Virus record (IMG/VR): IMGVR_UViG_3300036984_000055
Span: 1 to 47,615 of that record
Direction: 5' to 3' (one strand)
Length of the DNA stretch: 47,615 bases
Origin: a virus
Lineage: Duplodnaviria; Caudoviricetes
In this document: piece by piece, positions 1 through 8,012 of the stretch
Position numbering within the stretch: position 1 is the stretch's first letter
How the letters are laid out: each line of letters begins with the position of its first letter
Notes under the pieces: model-generated
The model's input: the letters and a program-made list of their open reading frames with translations, nothing else
Databases searched by the model: none
What the model was told of the DNA's origin: nothing
Program-made: the position numbers and the translations under genes

Positions 1-127
1 AGATGTGAATACCAGACCCATGTACATAACACCCCTGCATTTTGTTAGACAGCGTGGTAGGTAGATTGTTTTCTTTGTAGTGTGTTTATATTCTTTTGTT
101 TGTTTATTTATATTTTTTTTTTTTTTT
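1..127. repeat. Terminal direct repeat, left copy (circular assembly overlap)
   Basis: Bases 1-127 (agatgtgaataccagaccc...tttt) match 47489-47615; 127 is a common assembler k-mer length. Confidence 0.95.
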
Positions 128-305
128 CTTTTTTTTTTAAGCGTCCATAACCGAGCCATACGGGCAGGTTTTATAAAAAACAAACAACTATACACTCGAG
201 CAAACAAATATAAAAATGTTGGATCTAGACAAAAAAAAGGCCTTTTTTTACACAAAGTAAACAAAAATAGGTTTTTTGAGGGTTTTTATAGGTTTTTACA
301 GGTAT
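60..305. other. AT-rich non-coding region, candidate replication origin
   Basis: Long T and A tracts, repeated GGTTTT(T) units, 18-bp palindrome AAAAAAAGGCCTTTTTTT at 232-249; upstream of the primase-helicase on the circle. Confidence 0.4.
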
Positions 306-309
306 GTTT

Positions 310-501
310 CTACAACCATTGAGAGATCCACTTGATCCAGCCACATTTTGTGCAATACAACCCTACATGCATTTTTGTCTTTTTCAAGTACATCCTGGAA
401 TCGTCACACTTGTGACAACTACACCCAACCAGTTTCTTGACATCCCCCTCTTGCATCTCAAGGTAATCTCTAAGTTTGGAGCATCTTTTCCTTAAAATCA
501 C
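310..501 (-). CDS. Small zinc-ribbon protein
   Basis: GGAGG RBS before GTG; CHKC...HVGLYCTKCGWIKW motif common in small phage Zn-binding proteins. Confidence 0.75.
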   Translation of the reverse strand: MILRKRCSKLRDYLEMQEGDVKKLVGCSCHKCDDSRMYLKKTKMHVGLYCTKCGWIKWISQWL

Positions 502-593
502 ATAACCTCCTCATAGCTTTGTATTACAAATGAATCATCTAAAAAACAAAAAAGTCTCTTGTGGTATTTTCTCACTATATCGCGAGAATCATT

Positions 594-728
594 TCAGTTC
601 ATCAAAATCTTTGCAAAGTCTTCAGGGACATCTTTCATATTATCTCTAAATCGTCTAAGTTCTTTGTCAACTTTTCTCTTCTTAAGCCAATCAAAAAACT
701 GAATGACTAAATAGGTAATAGATTGCAT
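594..728 (-). CDS. Hypothetical 44-aa protein (not in ORF track)
   Basis: AAGGAG RBS 6 nt before ATG; MQSITYLVIQFFDWLKKRKVDKELRRFRDNMKDVPEDFAKILMN*. Confidence 0.6.
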   Translation of the reverse strand: MQSITYLVIQFFDWLKKRKVDKELRRFRDNMKDVPEDFAKILMN

Positions 729-963
729 ATGTTACTCCTTTATGTGTGTTGCTCTGTGTGTTGCCAAAGTGACTCGAAGGGGTGTTGTTAACACATAAGC
801 CTTTAGGCCATGGTGATAATGGCCCTTCACATAACACCATGACTCGCCTTAATGCGTTTAAGCCTCAAATTACTAAGCTCTGGGTATTGTTTTATAGAAG
901 TAATCGCAACTCACAAACATGTTTGCCAAAGTTTTTCTATTGATTTAATCAGAAATTCATAAC

Positions 964-1158
964 ATGCCAACTTTGCTGGATATAATCCGAGAAGATTTTT
1001 TCGACAAAATCAGACTTCTTAATTTAGATGTCGACATCCCCACCTTGAGAATTCTCTTTGATCAGTCAGTAAAAGAAACAAATGAAATTGTAGACAAAAA
1101 AAATGTTTCAAGTGCTTTGAAAAAAGTTTATGAAAGCACATTAGGCTTAGATTCTTGA
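964..1158 (+). CDS. Hypothetical protein
   Basis: First ORF of the only + strand cluster; protein-like helical composition. Confidence 0.65.
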   Translation: MPTLLDIIREDFFDKIRLLNLDVDIPTLRILFDQSVKETNEIVDKKNVSSALKKVYESTLGLDS

Positions 1159-1180
1159 TATTACTCACCCAGGTAAAACC

Positions 1181-1780
1181 ATGGCCTTATTCAATGTTTC
1201 ATCAATGGAACAAGTTCTTAACCATATCTCTTCATTACCAAGTTCAAAACCTGGTGTTTATCTAAACCTAGGCTGTGGCAAAAAGACAATATCTGGGTTT
1301 GTTAATGTAGACAAATATTTCACAAGACAAGAAGGCATTGTCAATGAAGACATTTCTGACATACCCTATTATGATAATTCTGTAGATTTAATCTACTCAT
1401 CCCATGCACTTGAGCATTTGTCAATAAGAAAAAGTAAAGTTGCACTACGTGAATGGTATAGAGTCTTGAAGCCAGGTGGACAGCTTTATCTTGCAATACC
1501 TGATTTAGAACTAATTTGTAGAGTGATTCAAGACCAATTTACAACAGAAGAACAAATGCGATGGTTCCTATTCACTTTATTTGGTTATCAAGTAGATCAA
1601 GAAATAGACTACTCAGACAAGAGTTTAGATCATGTTGATCATCCTGGAGAGTTTCACTGCTCAGGTTACACAAAAAAGAGTCTGATGTCTGAATTGAAAT
1701 CTATAGGATTTGAGATAAACAAGATTTTCTCATACGATGGATATTCAACTCCCTCGATATGGTGTGAGGCTGTGAAATGA
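1181..1780 (+). CDS. Class I SAM-dependent methyltransferase (Methyltransf_11-like, glycan-cluster type)
   Basis: LNLGCG motif I, GFVNVD, IYSSHALEH, EWYRVLKPGG.L.LAIPD. Confidence 0.9.
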   Translation: MALFNVSSMEQVLNHISSLPSSKPGVYLNLGCGKKTISGFVNVDKYFTRQEGIVNEDISDIPYYDNSVDLIYSSHALEHLSIRKSKVALREWYRVLKPGGQLYLAIPDLELICRVIQDQFTTEEQMRWFLFTLFGYQVDQEIDYSDKSLDHVDHPGEFHCSGYTKKSLMSELKSIGFEINKIFSYDGYSTPSIWCEAVK

Positions 1781-2157
1781 AAATTGCTTGGATTTGTGCA
1801 CAAAATGAAGAAGCAGCACAGACAAGAATTAGAGTGCTAAACATTAGTAGAAGTTTAGAGCACAAGATGTGGAACACAGAAGTAATTCAAGACTACAAAG
1901 ATGTTTTACGTAGAGACTTTGACGTTGCTATAGTTGGCAAAAGTTTTAGCAAAGAAGATTATGAAGCAATCCTAATGTTGAGACACTCAGGCAAGACAAT
2001 CATATGCGACTTGTGTGAGAGTATTTTTGAATTCCCATTCGTAATAGAAATCATTGAGATTTGTAATCTGGTTGTTTGTTGCTCTACAGAGCTAGAAAAA
2101 CAAGTCAAACAATTTAATAAAAGAACACTTGTGATTGAAGACGCTATTGAGGTATAG
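1777..2157 (+). CDS. N-terminal Rossmann half of a GT-B (GT4-like) glycosyltransferase
   Basis: MKIAW...AQTRIR...DVAIVGK...KTIICDLCE...VVCCSTEL...VIEDAIE; ATGA-coupled to the methyltransferase; no C-terminal donor-binding domain. Confidence 0.7.
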   Translation: MKIAWICAQNEEAAQTRIRVLNISRSLEHKMWNTEVIQDYKDVLRRDFDVAIVGKSFSKEDYEAILMLRHSGKTIICDLCESIFEFPFVIEIIEICNLVVCCSTELEKQVKQFNKRTLVIEDAIEV

Positions 2158-2377
2158 AGTGATATTTTGAGCTTGAATCTATAGTGATTTTGTGATGATC
2201 TAGAAACTTCTGACAGAACTCACAAAACGTTAAAGAATCTTGACAATCAGAGGGTCGTTCTTGATAAGGTACTTTTACAGGACAGTATTTTTCATTAGTG
2301 AAAGAGAATCCTCTACCTTTATGTGGCCATAAGATAGGTCTGTTAATACGGATTTTAGGATGATGTGCACGTTTCAT
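2144..2377 (-). CDS. Hypothetical Cys/His-containing protein
   Basis: YCP...CQDSLTFCEFC; last gene of the long - strand run. Confidence 0.5.
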   Translation of the reverse strand: MKRAHHPKIRINRPILWPHKGRGFSFTNEKYCPVKVPYQERPSDCQDSLTFCEFCQKFLDHHKITIDSSSKYHSIPQ

Positions 2378-2390
2378 TTATGTTTTATAT

Positions 2391-2477
2391 ACTAGGGGAC
2401 ATCCCTTTACGAAAAACAAGAGGACATTGTTTGACGTATTGACAAGATGCTAGTTTCTTGCAGGTGTGTCCCCTAGT
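2391..2477. mobile_element. Putative miniature inverted-repeat insertion (MITE-like)
   Basis: Ends ACTAGGGGACA / TGTCCCCTAGT (13-bp perfect IR at 2389-2401 and 2467-2479); flanks GTTTTATAT / ATTTTATAT. Confidence 0.5.
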
Positions 2478-2724
2478 ATTTTATATACTTGTAGCAAAAA
2501 CTTCTACATTCATGACCACAAGATTCTACACAATCTTTGCAAACAGAGTTATCCCAGTTTTCTCTAAATTCTTTTGAGAACTTCTTGATCCACTCCTCTA
2601 TAAACTCATCACCAGGGTCATGTCTTGTCTCTACTCCTCTCAACCACTTTGCATAATTTATAGCTTCAATTTGACACCGCTTGAATCGATCCTCACTATA
2701 ATGACTCGTGGGTATCTCGTTCAT
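2473..2724 (-). CDS. Hypothetical protein with Cys-rich C-terminus
   Basis: IEAINYAKWLRG...DPG...EWIKKFSKEFRENW helical segment, then CKDCVESCGHECRSFC. Confidence 0.65.
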   Translation of the reverse strand: MNEIPTSHYSEDRFKRCQIEAINYAKWLRGVETRHDPGDEFIEEWIKKFSKEFRENWDNSVCKDCVESCGHECRSFCYKYIKY

Positions 2725-2727
2725 GGT

Positions 2728-2868
2728 TCATGAATTCTCATTGGTGTCAAATAGGTGCAAGATCTCTAGGTCATTTAGATGGCTTAGAAACACAAACTCC
2801 TCAATTACCTTTGACGATTCAGGATCGTCAAGCAAACTAAGAAATTCTTGTTCTTCGTTAAATGACAT
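2728..2868 (-). CDS. Small acidic hypothetical protein, 46 aa (not in ORF track)
   Basis: MSFNEEQEFLSLLDDPESSKVIEEFVFLSHLNDLEILHLFDTNENS*; fills the gap after the tail fibre stop. Confidence 0.5.
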   Translation of the reverse strand: MSFNEEQEFLSLLDDPESSKVIEEFVFLSHLNDLEILHLFDTNENS

Positions 2869-4492
2869 ATGGGTATGTTATGCAAAAGTTGTAAAAACCT
2901 TTGTTGTAGACTGCAGCATGCCCTGGATCCCAGGCAAACATATTTGTCCAAGAGGGTGTACCAGAGCCTCCTCTTGGGACAAGAGTACCAATAGTAGAGT
3001 CGTTTGAACCAAACCAAATTGTACCTGCAGTGTCTATTTTTATGAACCCAAATTGCATTAATTGACCAGCACCAATCACACCACCTATCACTTCATTGCA
3101 TAACCAGACATTGTTTTGAGGTCTACAAGATGCAGGCAATTGTGTTGTAGTAACCATTGAGCCAGAATATGAGTTCTTTGCAAACTGAGGGAAAACAAGT
3201 GTTATAAGTGAGAATCCAGAATGCACAACTACTTTATATCTCAATGTGAATGTTTCATCAACAGGATTTGCAGGATTTGCATTGTCAGCAAATTGCCATG
3301 AACCAGCATACTGTCCAAAGTGAACTGTTAATGAACCCTGCTCTACTGAACCTGTTGCAGTAACAAGTGTTGAAGAAGTAGATTCTAAAGTAGATGTTCT
3401 AGTTGCTAAAGCTGTACCTGAATAACCTGATCCACAACCAGAATTAGTCTCTAACGTATTTAATCTAGAATCTTGTGTATTATTTGTAGAAAGTGCTGTA
3501 GATGCTTGCCCTTGTAATGTAGAAATGTTACTGTTTTGAGTAGAATCTGTAGATTCTGTTGTGTTCATTCTCCCTTGCAAGTTAGATATGTTACCCTGTG
3601 CGGTAGACATTTGCCCTTGTAAGGTAGAAATGTTGCTGTTTTGAGTTGTGTTTGTGCTTTCTGCAGTGTTCATTCTCCCTTGAAGGTTAGTAATGTTAGA
3701 CTCTGCAGTCCCCATTCTACCTTCAAGAGAAGAAGCTCTACCAGTTAAACTATTAATAGAATTTGTGTGACCATTTAGTGTTGTGTCTTGAGTGTTATTC
3801 ACACCCTCTGTTGCAGACACTCGACCAGTCAATGTAGACAAGTCACCATTTGTTGTTGATAGACCAGATGTCAAACTCCCTATGTTAGAATCTTGAGTAT
3901 TATTAGTGCTCTCTGCAGTACTCATTCTTGACTGCAAATTACCAATGTTACCATCTTGTGTATTGTTTGTAGCAAGTGCTGTTGCTGCTGCAGTCTGTAG
4001 AGTAGATACTTGACCATCAATTGTAGACAAGTGAGAATCATGTGTTGCTATATCACTAGTGTTAGTGCCCACTTGAGACTGTAGAGAACTAATTGCAGTA
4101 CCATGAGACCCAAGTGTACCATTTATTGTTGAGACAGAAGAGTTTAAACTGTTAATAGATGTTGTATTAGACTGGATATTGCTTTGAGCAGTATCCATTT
4201 CACCATCAAGCGTTGTGATACTTGTTTTGTTATCCTGAGTGATTTTGTCTAACCAACGAACCCAATATGACTGTGTTCTCATTAACCAGTTAAACCATCT
4301 TCTTGGTGTTCTCTCATAGTACTTGACACCTTCAATAGTTGGAGGCGAAGGTAGAATTGGATCATCACTTGAATCGACACCAGAACCAGAATGTAGAGCA
4401 TCTGGTTGTTCAACGTTTGGCTGACCTGATGTTGCATCTGTGATATCCTGTAATGCCCAATCAGGGTATTGCACGGGTCTTGTAGGAGCCAT
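2858..4492 (-). CDS. Tail fibre with long coiled-coil stalk
   Basis: Follows baseplate genes; N-terminal WFNWLMR...WVRWLD anchor motif; ~260 aa of S/T/N/Q heptad repeats; beta-rich C-terminal head; GGAGG RBS. Confidence 0.85.
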   Translation of the reverse strand: MAPTRPVQYPDWALQDITDATSGQPNVEQPDALHSGSGVDSSDDPILPSPPTIEGVKYYERTPRRWFNWLMRTQSYWVRWLDKITQDNKTSITTLDGEMDTAQSNIQSNTTSINSLNSSVSTINGTLGSHGTAISSLQSQVGTNTSDIATHDSHLSTIDGQVSTLQTAAATALATNNTQDGNIGNLQSRMSTAESTNNTQDSNIGSLTSGLSTTNGDLSTLTGRVSATEGVNNTQDTTLNGHTNSINSLTGRASSLEGRMGTAESNITNLQGRMNTAESTNTTQNSNISTLQGQMSTAQGNISNLQGRMNTTESTDSTQNSNISTLQGQASTALSTNNTQDSRLNTLETNSGCGSGYSGTALATRTSTLESTSSTLVTATGSVEQGSLTVHFGQYAGSWQFADNANPANPVDETFTLRYKVVVHSGFSLITLVFPQFAKNSYSGSMVTTTQLPASCRPQNNVWLCNEVIGGVIGAGQLMQFGFIKIDTAGTIWFGSNDSTIGTLVPRGGSGTPSWTNMFAWDPGHAAVYNKGFYNFCITYPYVI

Positions 4493-4503
4493 ATTACCTC
4501 CAG

Positions 4504-5133
4504 TTAAATATCTATAAAAGTGTAGATTTCACTCAAGATACCACCAATGTGATCGTCAATTAAGTACTCAGAAAATCCTGCTCCAACAAATGTTGGTTCA
4601 CCATATTCTTCCCACAAGAATGGGTCAGGAGTAGTTGCTGCTATAGTTACTTTAACACCTGCAGGACATGCTCTTTGGATGATCCTAGCCATTTCAAGAG
4701 TAATAGGGACAGAACCGTCTGTGAAAATGTAGCAGAAACCATTGCCTTCAATGATTAGATCTGTTGTAGATGTAAATTCTTGTAGAGCTTTAGACACATA
4801 CAAAATACCACCAATCAAATTACCATCTTCATCAACTTCTTCTACATTGCCTTGACATCTATTTATGGTTATTCTCTCTATGATTTTTTGTCTATAAGTT
4901 ATGTCTGTTGCATTCTCTACTCTTGACTCTCCTACAAGAAGACCAATGCGATCTAGTGATTCACCTACTGCGTTTAGCAAGTAAGTACCTGTTAAGTAAG
5001 TAAAACAAATAGCTTCTAGTTCTTGTAGTCTATTGACGTTTGAAGCTACAAGAGCATTGACTCTAGTTGATTGATGAAACTGCTCGAACAATTGAGTTTG
5101 AGCAAGTTCTGTATGATTAAGTATTTGATCCAT
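4504..5133 (-). CDS. Baseplate wedge protein (DUF2612/gpI-like)
   Basis: AVGESLDRIGLLVGESR, D.TYRQ.I, PAGVK motifs; directly after baseplate J. Confidence 0.8.
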   Translation of the reverse strand: MDQILNHTELAQTQLFEQFHQSTRVNALVASNVNRLQELEAICFTYLTGTYLLNAVGESLDRIGLLVGESRVENATDITYRQKIIERITINRCQGNVEEVDEDGNLIGGILYVSKALQEFTSTTDLIIEGNGFCYIFTDGSVPITLEMARIIQRACPAGVKVTIAATTPDPFLWEEYGEPTFVGAGFSEYLIDDHIGGILSEIYTFIDI

Positions 5134-6608
5134 TAGATCACACTCACATGTATACGTGATAAATCAAACTTGCATATCTGTGTTGGTTGAATTGTAATAT
5201 CTGTGCCGACTGCTTGATACACAGGGCTTGTTGTCAAGTCATTAGTTACAGCAAACTGTAGAGCAACAGAAGCAATACCAGAAACAGAGTAAATTGGTAG
5301 CATAAACTTTTGGTTGATCAAGTCTTGACCCATTATCATTGTTTGACCATACGTGTTTATAGCAACACCAACAAGATACGCACCATTGAATGGGAATCTC
5401 TCTTCTGTGCTTCTTGTAATTGACAACAAAATATGTGTGTATTTAGTAATCGGTTTTGAGAAGTAAATTCTATGCAAAAATCCTTGAGTATCTTGAACGT
5501 TATACCCAAGAGAATTATTAGCATTACCATACGTAGAAATGCCTGCTGGTTTAAGTTGCCATATTTTGTTAGCAACAGTCTGATCAAATATTGTGGGACA
5601 GTCTACTACAAGCTCAATAGAGTGTGGTGGTCGACCCCAAGCATCTACATCTGAATCTACATTTTCATAAGAAGAGACAGACTTAACATATGCTACTTCT
5701 TGTAGAATTCTAGATCTCATAGCATCTATTGTAGAACTTGCTTGAACAGTTTTGTTTGTTTGGTGTCTTGATCTCAACTCATCATCTGTTTCTACGTTTC
5801 TCCCAGGTGTCCCTTCTTTCAAATTCAAGACAGCAGAGACACCAGAAACAGAAGTTACTGGTACTGAGACAGATAACGCAGGTACAAGAATTGGTCCCAA
5901 CTCTGTACAAGCAAAAACTACTGATATACCTAACAATGAAAAAGAAACATATGCTGAGACTGTTACAGCAAAACCATTCTCAAAGTCTACACTTGTCAAT
6001 CTAAAAGTGCCATCTAAATTGTCACTTGCATACATTAAAGACTGACCAGCATTAATAGATGCACAAAGAGCAGTCGCAATAGTGATTATTGTGTCTGCAG
6101 TAATAGCAACGTAATTATACCCAGTGCCATTGATATTTATTGTATATGTAGAGCCAATGTGAACTTCATCTATAGAAATTTGAGAATCAAGAACAGAATC
6201 ATAATTAACTGTGACTGGTGTAGTAGAACTCATCACGAATTGGTTGTTTGTTTCTGGATCTGTGACAGCAAACCCAACAGGGATTACAGTGTTATAGTCA
6301 GCATAAATTGCACAAGTTACAAGCGACTTAGTTGCTGCTAATCTTTGTAGACCTATTAGAGAAACAACGTTGTCAAGAGAGACACCCTCTGCTTGTAATG
6401 AGTTGTTCAAATACAAGTCATGAAGCAACTCCCAAAGTGCTGCTTCTCTAGTTGAGAACACACCATTTAATTGACCAAACACAGATTGAGGGCTCTGGTC
6501 TATGTTACCAAAAGCAGCAGACAAGTCAGCAAAGATTTCGTCTGAGATTGTTGGCTGTCTTTTAGTAGTGAAACCTTCTGGCGTTAAACCATAAGTGATG
6601 TCTGCCAT
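5133..6608 (-). CDS. Baseplate J-like wedge protein
   Basis: YGLTPEGF, AEGVSLD, GRNVETDDELR.R, PPHSIELVV, KPAGI.TYG. Confidence 0.92.
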   Translation of the reverse strand: MADITYGLTPEGFTTKRQPTISDEIFADLSAAFGNIDQSPQSVFGQLNGVFSTREAALWELLHDLYLNNSLQAEGVSLDNVVSLIGLQRLAATKSLVTCAIYADYNTVIPVGFAVTDPETNNQFVMSSTTPVTVNYDSVLDSQISIDEVHIGSTYTININGTGYNYVAITADTIITIATALCASINAGQSLMYASDNLDGTFRLTSVDFENGFAVTVSAYVSFSLLGISVVFACTELGPILVPALSVSVPVTSVSGVSAVLNLKEGTPGRNVETDDELRSRHQTNKTVQASSTIDAMRSRILQEVAYVKSVSSYENVDSDVDAWGRPPHSIELVVDCPTIFDQTVANKIWQLKPAGISTYGNANNSLGYNVQDTQGFLHRIYFSKPITKYTHILLSITRSTEERFPFNGAYLVGVAINTYGQTMIMGQDLINQKFMLPIYSVSGIASVALQFAVTNDLTTSPVYQAVGTDITIQPTQICKFDLSRIHVSVI

Positions 6609-6970
6609 TATGTTAACCTCATATTGTTTACAGGGACAACACCGAATGTTGAATCACAAGTAAAAGTAATTGCTGCAGTTCTTGCTTTAGCATCATAAAT
6701 CAAATCAAAACTAAGTAGAGAATTGACACCAGGTGTTGACAAGATCTCTGCTTTTAGTAGTGACTCAACCTTACCTAAATCAGGATTTTTAACCATGATG
6801 TCTTCAAAATATCTAACACCAATAGACGTGTTAAGATCCCACTCACCGTAGAATGTCCTTAACCTAATTAGTAAACTTTGTACAAGTGCATCTACATCTG
6901 TTAGCAACTCAAGATCATGGCCATTATAGCTTAAATCGTTTGTAGTTGGATCAAGTTTGATATCTATCAT
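6608..6970 (-). CDS. Baseplate wedge / sheath initiator (gp25/gp46-like)
   Basis: QSLLIRLRTFYGEWDLNTSIGV.Y, ILSTPGV. Confidence 0.85.
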   Translation of the reverse strand: MIDIKLDPTTNDLSYNGHDLELLTDVDALVQSLLIRLRTFYGEWDLNTSIGVRYFEDIMVKNPDLGKVESLLKAEILSTPGVNSLLSFDLIYDAKARTAAITFTCDSTFGVVPVNNMRLT

Positions 6971-7347
6971 GCTATGTGACCTGTACCATTATTAGATTGA
7001 TTCAATGTTTGTTGTGGCTTAACGACTGCACCCACAACAGGATAAGCACCAGCAATAAGAGACCCACCATTAGTCCCAACTCCACCTGCGTATGTCTCAA
7101 CAATTCCAAGAGGGTCTGCAACTGAGACATTCTTAATCTCCATGTTAGAGATTAGATGATCTATAGTCTCCTCTACAATTGCTTTAACAAGTTCTGAGAT
7201 TGTGTTTTTATTACCATCAAGATAGTTATCTGTGAAGTTAAATACTTTTCTAGTCTCAGTAGTCCCATCTGGTTTGTTAAATGTCATAGACAAACCAGAA
7301 ATTCTGTTCTTAATATTGTCGTATAGAGTTGTCTTGTTTAGGCTCAT
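6967..7347 (-). CDS. Putative spike-associated baseplate protein
   Basis: Between spike and gp25-like gene, ATGA overlaps at both ends. Confidence 0.55.
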   Translation of the reverse strand: MSLNKTTLYDNIKNRISGLSMTFNKPDGTTETRKVFNFTDNYLDGNKNTISELVKAIVEETIDHLISNMEIKNVSVADPLGIVETYAGGVGTNGGSLIAGAYPVVGAVVKPQQTLNQSNNGTGHIA

Positions 7348-8006
7348 GGTATTTTTACTATTTCACCAGGCAGTGAAGTGCCTATGTAGTGTGGTCCAAG
7401 TAAAGGACAAGTAGGGAAATCATTGCAAAACGCTATAGGATGGTTACCTAACTCTATTTTACCAGTTGTGCCAGGTTTAATTGAAATAGTATTTGTTGCA
7501 TCATTAATCTCTATCTTGCTACCACCTTTTGTCTCTATTACTATGTTGCCATCATGTTGGATTTGAAAATCTGTGTTGTTTGTAGCAAGTTTGCCCTTAC
7601 CAAAAGCGTATAAACCAGGGATTGCAATACAGTCATTGAGATCATGTTTTCTTGCAGAGCTAGGGCTTACTTCATTACCAGATCCTGATAACCATTCATC
7701 TAAACAACGCTCTGCAAATACAAGTAGAACAGTGTCATCTTTGTTGATAGGATATGTTATTGCTGCTTTTTTAGTTCTCGGAAACATTACTGGCACTTTA
7801 AATATTTGTGCCACAGAAAACGTGACACCATCTTTGTTAGTCATCTTGACTAAAGGTTTTACTGTTGCTGTACAGTTAGTAACATCAAAGTCTACAATTT
7901 TACCAGGGATTGATGTATGAACTTGGTTCATGACACCATTTATGATTGTCTTACAGACATCATTAAATGTTAAGTACTTTGAGCCATCAGTATTGATTTC
8001 GTCCAT
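7344..8006 (-). CDS. Baseplate central spike (Gp138/gpV-like)
   Basis: HTSIPGKIV...ATVKPL...VPVMFP...LLVFAERCLDEW...RKHDLNDCIAIPG. Confidence 0.9.
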   Translation of the reverse strand: MDEINTDGSKYLTFNDVCKTIINGVMNQVHTSIPGKIVDFDVTNCTATVKPLVKMTNKDGVTFSVAQIFKVPVMFPRTKKAAITYPINKDDTVLLVFAERCLDEWLSGSGNEVSPSSARKHDLNDCIAIPGLYAFGKGKLATNNTDFQIQHDGNIVIETKGGSKIEINDATNTISIKPGTTGKIELGNHPIAFCNDFPTCPLLGPHYIGTSLPGEIVKIP

Positions 8007-8012
8007 TAGCCC

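Noticed and set aside
1-127. Biological terminal repeat of the packaged genome
   Set aside because: 127 bp matches a common assembler k-mer and the repeat ends inside a T tract; most likely a circularisation overlap
80-322. 80-aa + strand ORF with a Phe run
   Set aside because: Translation of the poly-T/poly-A non-coding tract; no RBS
5357-6341. Several short ORFs overlapping baseplate J
   Set aside because: Shadow frames of a well-supported gene; no motifs
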